From Gracilinanus agilis (taxonomy: Eukaryota): 64,000 nucleotides of DNA. The stretch is from the NCBI RefSeq assembly GCF_016433145.1, contig NC_058131.1, positions 612,630,708 through 612,694,707 of the forward strand, read 5' to 3'. Positions 47,747 through 56,900 of the stretch are shown here, piece after piece. Every line of letters starts with the position of its first letter. The first letter of the stretch is position 1. Position numbers and translations under genes: made by a program. The notes beneath the pieces were generated by a model. It did not search any database. It saw only the letters and a list, made by a program, of their open reading frames with translations, and was not told the DNA's origin.

Positions 47747-48899
47747 GTCTAGACTGATGGACACCTATGAAATGGTCCGATCTTTCTGGAAAGCAATTTA
47801 GAACTATACGATCAAAGCAATTAAATTATTCATACCTTTTGACTTTTAGTTACCAATTACTTAGTCCAAAAGATCAAAGAGGAAAAGAATCCATATGTAC
47901 TGCCATTTGTAGCAGTTCTTTTTGTGATGGAATATAATTGGAAAATGAGGGGATGCATTTCAATTGGCTGAAATATGAATGTGATAAAACATTATTGTGC
48001 TATAATGAAATGATGAAGGGAATGGTTTCAAAGAAACCTGAGAAGACCAGCATAAACTGTTGAAAAATGAAGAGAGCAGAACCAGGGGAAAAATTTATGC
48101 AATTATAACAGTATTATAATAATCTTTGGAAGACTTAGGAATTCTGATCAACACAATGAGCAACCCATAATTTCAAAGGTCCTTTGAAGAAACAGGCTAT
48201 TCACCTCTAGGTTTTAAGGAGGTAAGTTATTCAGTTGAATTAGTTTCCTAATCTTTAAAATGGAGATAATAATAGTACTTCCTCCAAGTGTTGTGAGGAT
48301 CACTTGAAAAGTACTTAGCAGAGTGCCTGGCAAATAGTGATATATAAATGTTAGCTATTACTATTTCTTTTCTCACCTTTTTGTGTGTCTATGGTAGGTG
48401 ACCAGGTAATATGAGAATTCATTTTGCATTACTATACATATTTGCTCTTTAATTTGTGATTAATTTTTTTTTGCCTCCTCAGTGGGTAGTGAGTAGAGGG
48501 AGTAAATTTGGAAATTAAAAAAAAAATTTAATTATTTTTTTTGAAGCCCAGTGTCTGACCTGGAAAGAAACCCAAGACCAGCCAGTCATTCAACAAACAT
48601 TAAACCCTTACTATGCGGCAGGCACCGTGCTTAGAGTTGAGAATACAAGCAGAAAGACAATCCCCTGGTCAAGGAGCATCATCTCTGTTCATATATGGGT
48701 GTGGTGGGTGGGTGTGGGGTACTTGCTACTCTTCCCAGGATCCCCATGAGCCCTGGTAGGTGGGCTTGCTCATCCTCCCTTGTTTGCACCCCTCCACCCA
48801 TCAATTTGGAGATGGGTCACTGAGTAAGAGACCAGTTGTCAGGTCTAAAGGATACAAGGGGGCGAGGCTGCCCCAAGAAGAGCCGTAGGGCCCTTAGGT

Positions 48900-49620
48900 C
48901 CAACCCCTTCATTTTGAAGCCGAGGAAACTGATGCCAGGAGAGCGTAAGCCGGCTGCTTGAAGTTACACACAAATCATTTGTTTGCATGAGAAGTAATCA
49001 AGAAGCCCTTCCAGTCCCAGTACCAGCGAGGGGGGAGCGGAGACTCAGTTGAGTTTTCCCGCCAATGCGGCAGGAAGAGGTCGGGGCAATGACGTCATCA
49101 CCCTGCTTTTACCAACGAGATGAGAGGGGCGGAGTCCTTCGACCAGCCTTTTTCTTTAACAAGAATTCCGAATGACGGCTAGGGGTATGGGGAAGGAGGT
49201 AAAGGAAAGGTCTTTGGAGTGGGCGGGCGGATCTGAGTCCCTGCCCCTTCCGGCTCTGTGCCGTTACGAAACATCCGGTTCCCTTCATCCTCAGCATTTC
49301 GGAATGATGTCATTATGTGCGACGTACAGCTCTGAGTCGCATCAGTGACGCATTCGGACTTAGAGGATGGCGGAGCCGGAGTTGTTACGCGTGGTGCCCA
49401 GCGACTTATTCCCACTTGTGCTCGGTTTCCTGCGCGACAATCAGTTTCCGGAGGCGGCTAGCAAGTTCGCTAAGGCTACGGGAACTGTGAGTCCTCACGC
49501 GCGCGGGGGAAAAGGGCGATCTTATCTCCTAGCTGGTGATGCCACGGGCGGGGAGGGTTGAGGGGAAAGCACGTGGTTTCTCCTGGGCCTAGGGGTGAGG
49601 GAGCTCCCGGAAAAATGAGT
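48900..49620 (+). promoter_or_regulatory. NOLC1: NOLC1 CpG-island promoter
   Basis: CCAAT at 49062, full CRE TGACGTCA at 49090-49097, GC boxes, ETS-like TTCCGG, CACGTG at 49570 in intron 1. Confidence 0.87.
49367..49486 (+). CDS. NOLC1: NOLC1 exon 1 (LisH)
   Basis: ATG ... ACT|gtgagt; 120 nt. Confidence 0.95.
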
Positions 49621-52600
49621 GCTTAGACAGTATGATACCTGGGTGCTGGCTTTGGTTTAATATGATTAAGTCAATCCTTCGTGAGTATAGAGACCTTCTC
49701 AGGTAAATCGAGGCAGTTTGTGGAGTTGGTCAGGAGTGGTGAGGTGCTTGAAGTTAGATCTGAGATTAATTGAACAATGAAATCCAAGTCGTTAAGAATA
49801 TCTAGGTTTTTGTGAGTCTAGAAGGAAAACTATTGGATAGCCCTGACTCAATTCTGGTTAACATTTTTATCAGTTGTATCTTTGTGCCCTGCACCTTTCC
49901 ACTCTCACTGCAATCATCTAAGGCTTTCATCCTTTAGCGTGTAAATTCCTTGAAGTCATAAACTGTTCCGTTTTTTTTTTTCTTTGTGCCCCCAGCACCT
50001 GCCCTTTTTGGCACATGGTAATTGAGTATCAAATGCTTTGGTTCGATTATTCATCCTGATTGCAGTTTTAGCATTCTAAATGCTATTTCTTCTTGTAGTG
50101 TCCCACTTTCTGTTTGAGTTATCTTTTCAACCAACTTGGATTATGTCACTTTATTAAATACCCATTACTGTGTGTCCCTCCCCCATCACGAAGAAAGAAT
50201 ATTTATTTGTTGTTCCAGTGGACCAGACTTAAGGTTTATATAAGATTTGTAGAAATTAATGCTTCATAATAACTTTTTTATTTACAAGCTTAGAAGTTTA
50301 GAATGGAAGAAAGAATGTTGATTTTTGAGTCACAGGGCCCAAGCTTATGTCTTGCCTGTGGCCTATGGCCATAGATAAGTCACTCAAATTTTCTGAATTT
50401 CAGCTGCTTCTATTGTAAAATAGGAATAACAATACTTGTGCTTTGCTAACATCCTGGGTTGTAGGGAAAGTGCTTTGTTAAGTTCAAAGCACAATATAAA
50501 TGTGAGTTACTATCTATGTTCCCACTAATATTCCATCTATCCCCCATTCTGCTGTTTCCTGTTTCTGTGACTCTCTTCAAGACCTAACTCAGGTGCCACT
50601 CTGCAATGAAGCATTCCTTGAGTTCTCTTTTCCTAACTGAAAATGATTTCTTCCTCAGTCAATTAAGTTAAACATTTAATATGGAATTACCATAATTTTG
50701 CCTGGACCTTCCCTTTGTACCTATTACTATTCCTTGTATCAAAATTGATTGTAAGTTCCTTACAAGGCAGGATCTGTATCCTATTTATTATATCTCTAGC
50801 TGCTTAAATATGGTAAGTGATTAATAAATATCCAATAATTTGAGTTTATTTGTATGAAAACATAATGGTATCTTTATTAGATTTGCATACAGATGCATAA
50901 AAATGTGAAGACTAGCTAAAATATGTTGGGATAAAAGAAATGTTAGGTTGCAACAGTGGGCTAATTTAACTAGATAAAATTTTGTGGAGATAACTGCAAA
51001 CATTATAGTGTTCTAGGGATGTTAGCTTTACCTTTCTTTCTGCCCTTGCAGGCCCAACAAGACCCCAATGCCACTTCCCTTTTGGACATCTATAGTTTCT
51101 GGCTCAAGTAAGTCTCTCCTCCCTTTGGCTTTCTCGTCCCTATTGGGCCATATAGGCCAGCCCTTCTCAGAATTCATTTTACCTTTTCCCTACTCAGTAG
51201 GTCTTCCAAGTCTCAAAAGCGGAAGCTGCAGGCTAACGGACCAGTGGCAAAGAAGGCTAAGAAAACAGTTGCTTCTGGTGACAGCAGTCATAAAGGAGAG
51301 GCCAAACAGCCTACAGCTAAGAAACTAGGTGAAGGATGATCCATGGAGGGATGGGGAAAATTGTGTTTTATCCAAGTGTTTGGTTTCTAGCTAAAGAACA
51401 TGAAGATTCTTCTTATTTGTAAATATTTAGCTTGTGCAGAAGCCTAATTCTTACCAATTCCATATTCTTCCCCAGCCACCAAGTCACCTCAGCCTGGGAA
51501 GTCACCTATTCCTGCCAAAGCAGCAGAGAGTAGTAGTAGCAGCAGTGAAGACTCCAGTGAGGAAGAAGACAAAGAAAGCCAGAAGAAGCCTGCCCAGGTT
51601 AGAGTTTATGGGTTCAAAGAGAGGAGCTGGGGGGTAGGTATCTCTTTCTACTTCAGGATTTGACACAGAGATACTATGAGCAAGGACATCTTTCTGACAG
51701 CCAACTTGTTCTGGGTAGTGCCGGGGTAATGGGAAGAGAATTCTCCATAAATATTTGTTTTGCCTCCTAACAGAAGGGAGCCAAGCCCCCAGCCAAGGCA
51801 GCCAAGCCTTCCCCTAAGGCAGCCCAGCCCAAGAAAGCTGAAAGTTCCAGTTCTGACTCTGACTCTGACTCCGACTCAGACTCCGACTCCGACTCTGACT
51901 CTGACTCTGACTCCAGCTCAGAGGATGAAGCTACCAAGAAACAGAAACCAAAGACCCCAGTTAAGACTCCAGTTAAGACCCCAGGCAAAGCCACAGCTAA
52001 GACTCCAGTTAAGACCCCAGCTAAGCCAGGTATTTTTCTTTCCTCACCTTTTTCTTTAGGAAGAGGAGGTGGTTAGGGACTTGGATATTCTGAGTTCTGG
52101 GCTCTTAGAATTGTCCCTCTTTGGGGGCAGCTGGGTAGATCAGTGGATTGAGAGCCAGGCCTAAAGACAGGAGGTCCTAGGTTCAAATCCAGCCTCAGAC
52201 ACTTCCCAGCTGTGTGACCCTGGGCAAGTCACTTGACTACCATTGCCCACCCTTATCACTCTTCCACCTATGAGCCAATACACAGAAGTTAAGGGTTTAA
52301 AAAAAAATTGTCTCTCTTTGCTCCTAACATAGACGTTTACAATTTTGTCATGGTAGGCTTCTATGGCTGTTACCAGAGGGTTCCTTTGAAAGTAGTATTT
52401 AGTTACTAAAGGGAAAAATATTTGTATTATTTTTCTCTTATACCTAAAATGGAGTGTGGGGTAGGAGAATATGCTACAAACTTTGACAGATCTTTAATTA
52501 AAATGATTTTTAAGGAGATACTTGAATGGCTTTTGCTATATCCTGATCACCTAAAACCTTAGAGATAATTGCATTTCTGTTTTTAGTGTTTGGGGATGCA

Positions 52601-52753
52601 GAATTAAATGGAGAAACAATTTTTCCTGGTAAAATATTTATTCATTATCTGGCATGATGCCTTGCACATAGTAGGTGAACTGAATTCATTCCCCTTTCCT
52701 TCCAGGCAAAGCTGCCCAAGTCACCTCCAAATTAGCCAATGGCAAAGCTGGTG

Positions 52754-52787
<34 letters not shown>

Positions 52788-53944
52788 CAGTAGTGATTCA
52801 GATGAGGCAGCAGTTCCAACCAAAAAGGTTGATATTTGTTTTCCTTGTGTGTGAGTGGGTGGGGGTTAATGACCCCCATCGCTAAGAGTTAGTATTAATA
52901 GGTATATTGGTATGTTTTCATTAAGGCTGTACTGAAGAAACCAACTCCATCCAAGACCCCTGTGAAACCTGCCCAGGAGAGTTCTAGCAGTGAAGATTCC
53001 TCCAGTGAGGAAGAAGAGGATCAGAAACAGAAGAAAAAATCTGTCAGGGCCAAGCAGGGTGAGGGAGATGAAGAAAGAGGCCATTCTCCAGGTCTCCCCA
53101 TTCTGTTATCACATCTCTGTAGTAGCCTTAGCCCTCCATTATGGGTTTAGGGTCTGAACCTCTGAATCCTGTCTCTGTCTCTGCCTGAGGGTGCATATGG
53201 AAGTAGCTTCTCCTTTTTAGCTTAACTCATTGGAGATAGAGTTGGGGCTTTTGATACAAAGGCATAAAGTAATATATTTCCCAACTATCAATCTCGAATG
53301 CCTTTTTCCAATCCTTGAGTACAGTTCTTTTGACTGCTTACCTCTCTAAAGAAGAACAAAAAGTGTTTCTCTGTTGTGGATGGTGGAATGTCAGAATACC
53401 ACATACTGAGGTACAGTGGTTTTGAGGTTTATTATTTGTATTTTGTTGTTTAACCTATAAACATTAAATAACCAGGAGTTTCAGTTATAAGTCTGATTTA
53501 GTGAAAAGAAAGTTAAAGCTATAATAACTAGGAGACATTAAATTATGGCCCTCTTGAGCCTGTTTTCTCATCTGTAGCACAGTGATGTCAATAACTTGGA
53601 CTGCTTATCCAACAAAATTGGGAGGAAAGTCCTTGTAAATTCCTGTATTTTTAATTCCATTCTACTGTTATGTGTTGAACACTAACATGTATTAGGGAGT
53701 TTGAAGAAGGACAGAATATTGAGTAAACAGATTTGGAAACAAGGACTTTTGTTAAAGGCATGGGTACATAGTTTATGCAAATAAATGGAAGGGGAAGATA
53801 GAATGATAAGTTCAAAGGACACCTAGTAGTATGGTTTGGCTGTGATTTAGCATACTGAAAGGGGAGTGGCCATATGAAAAAAATCTGAAAAGGTAGATTG
53901 GCTTCAAGATAAAGGACTTGGGTTTCATCTTATTGGAGGATGGG

Positions 53945-53979
<35 letters not shown>

Positions 53980-56900
53980 TATAGGAGTGACTTGGTCAAA
54001 CCTGTGCCTTAAGGTATGATAATTTTGGCAGCTTTGTGGAAGATGGATTGGAGAAAGGAGAAACTTGGAAATAAGGAGACCAATTACTAATTACTTAATA
54101 AGCATTTATATGTTAAGTACTAGGGATATAAAGAAAAGCCTTGGCCACAAGAAGTTTTCTCTTAATAGGAGAGACAGCTAGAGTCACCAGGTATATAGGA
54201 GATATCTGCAGAGTATAGATGGATGGCAGTCTCTGGGGGCAAGGCATTCATTATGTGAAGATAGAATTTCATTTAAATCTTACAATTAGCAGTGGGAGAA
54301 CAAGAAAAGATGTCCTGTGTAAGGTGTAGGATTTAAGTTGCTTTTACAAGGAAACCAGGAAAAAAACTAAGGTGGAGGTGAGAGGAGAGAGAACACACTG
54401 GAGCAATGCAAAGCCACAGATGCCTTGTGTGAGGTACAGCAAGCAGGCCGGTGTAGTTTGTAGAAGGGAGTGAAGTGGGAAAAGACTTGGAAAAAAAGTA
54501 AGGGACCAGGTTGTGAAGAACTTTAAATGTCAAAAAGAGGAACATATATTTGATCCTAGAGGTAATAGGGAGCCACCAGATTTTATTGAGTAGGGAAAAA
54601 TGGGTGATAGTGAATGTTCCTGTCCTTTAGGAAAGTCACTCAGGCAATTGTGAGGATGGATTGGAGTTGAGGAGACTTGATATAGGAAGACCAAATAGAA
54701 GGTTCTTGGAATAGGTGAAATGAAAGGTGATAGAGGACCTATCTAAAGCTGGGGGTTATATAAGTAAGAAGAGAAAAGAGATATGTGAGTGATATTATAA
54801 AGGGAGACAGGAGAACATTTGTTGACAAACTGGATCTGTGGGGTAAGTGAAAGTGGGGAGTGGAGGATATTGTGCTCCTCTATGATTTGGAGGATAATGG
54901 TTATTTATGGAAAAATTGGGACAAGTTAGAGCTTTTTTTTTGATGGGAAATCTTTGGATTTTATTTTGTATATAATGAGTGGGAAGTATTTATGAGACAT
55001 TCAGATTAAGACCTGGATCAAAAGGCAATTGGTGATAGATGAAGAAAGCAGGTCTGGATATACAATTCCAGGAATCAACATATATAGAGAAATCATGTAA
55101 CCATGGAAAAATATTTTAAACAAATTAAAAAAAAAACAAACCCAAAACCACTCTAGAGAGATAACTGAGCTTTGGGGAGAGATGGAGCCTTATTACAGTA
55201 ATCCCAGGTGTGAGATGTGTTGAGATAGATTCTGAACTACCATGGTGGTTGTGTTGACTGAATGGATGAGAGATATAGTGAGGGCAAAATTGACTTTGTA
55301 CTTGGCAAGTGATTAAATAAAGGAGAGGGATGAATTCAGAATGATTCCAAGATGAGAAACTTGGATTACCGAGGTGTTAGTGCTCCCAAACAAAAATTGG
55401 GATATTTGGAGCAGGCAAAGGTTTGGGGGAAAGATTATGACTTCTGTTTCATATGTATTAAAATTAAGATGCTAGTGGTGAAGTAGGCAATGTAGGACTC
55501 AAGGTGAGAACAATTAAAAGACTTAATAAATGAGGAACCAGGACAGAACTTTAAAGGATGAATGTTTGAGGAGATGATGGGATGAAATTTGAAAATTCAT
55601 GTGTATTTGCCTTTTTGGGTCTAAGGTTGCCTAATTGCATACTCTTCTTAAAACAGATCTTTCTGTACAATTTTAAGTCTCACTCTTGTGCAGGAAAAGG
55701 GACTAGAGAGAGACGAGAAAAGGTTGTAGGATTCAAGGACAAGATTTTTTTGAACCCAGCATAGTAATGTCCCAGTGCTACTACCTTTATGCTTAGTTTG
55801 GAATAGGTAGAATTTCAGGAGGATTTAAGAAAACCTAACAAACTTTTATCTTTCATCTTAGAATCAATACTATATTTTGGTATTAAGGCAGAAGAGCAAA
55901 CCATAAGGACTAGGCAGTGGGGGTTAAGTGACTTGCCCAGGGTAACACAGCTAAGAAGTGTCTGACTTCAGATTTGAATCTAGGACTGGCTGTCTCCAGT
56001 CCTGGCTCTATCCAGTAAAATACCTAGGTGTCCCCCAGAAGGCTTTTTTTAATTGGGAGGCTTTTAAAAGAAAAAAATAATCACTGGCTAGAGAAAGAAT
56101 GAGAATATGGCATTTCAGCCACTGATCTCTTCCTCTTGGTCTTTTGTGTCTCTCCAAGCAGGTCCATATAGCTCTGTCCCTCCACCCCCTTGCACCCAGC
56201 CAAAGAAGGTAGGAGGGGACCAGCCTCCTAAGAAGAAGGTGGGAGGGGACCAACCATCCAAGAAGGTAACAGTCACTCAACCCCCCAAGAAGAAGTTAGC
56301 AAGTGACCAGCCCCCCAAGAAGAAAGAGGAAAGCAGTGACTCTTCTGATAGTAGTGAGGACAGCAGTGATGAGGAGGAGGCAGCCACTGGTGTGTACACA
56401 TGTGGTAGGGGCACAGCTTTTGGTGGAGGGGTGGAAGGCAGTGGGTGAGAACATAAGAACGGGCCAGGAAATGAGACACTTTTACCATTCTCAATTAAAG
56501 CAGGACAGGCCAAAGTTGCTACACCTAAGGCCACACCAGCCAAGGCCACACCAGCCAAGACTACAACAAACAAGGCCACAGGAGAGGAATCCAGTTCAGA
56601 CAGTGACTCAGGTGTCTTGTTTATATCTGTTTCCTCTTCTGTCTTTCATCCCTTGTTGAAGAAATTTGGTGTGGTTTCCAGGGGTGGGGAGGAAGGGAGG
56701 AGAATTTGAATCTTATAACTTTAGAAAATGTATGTGGAATTTTGTCATTATGTACTAGTTGGGGAAATAAAATATCTTTTTAAAAAATGTTCAGTGGGAA
56801 GGAATGAGGTTAGTCTTCGTAGAGTGAAGAGGTGAAGATTGTTCCCTAGGTTGGAGTTGTGGACCCATCCTAACCCCACAGATTCCCTATAGATTCCAGC

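Larger units (their letters stand above)
41000..48200 (+). mobile_element. Old fragmented L1 ORF2-to-3'UTR hosting many nested insertions
   Basis: Collinear ORF2-like remnants (AKAVLGGKFISLN-like about 41160; YFAQLYANK about 42160; RT and C-terminal pieces to about 47900). Confidence 0.75.

Noticed and set aside
47341-47801. 138-aa ORF
   Set aside because: Spans an L1 remnant and a hAT MITE with no transposase similarity.
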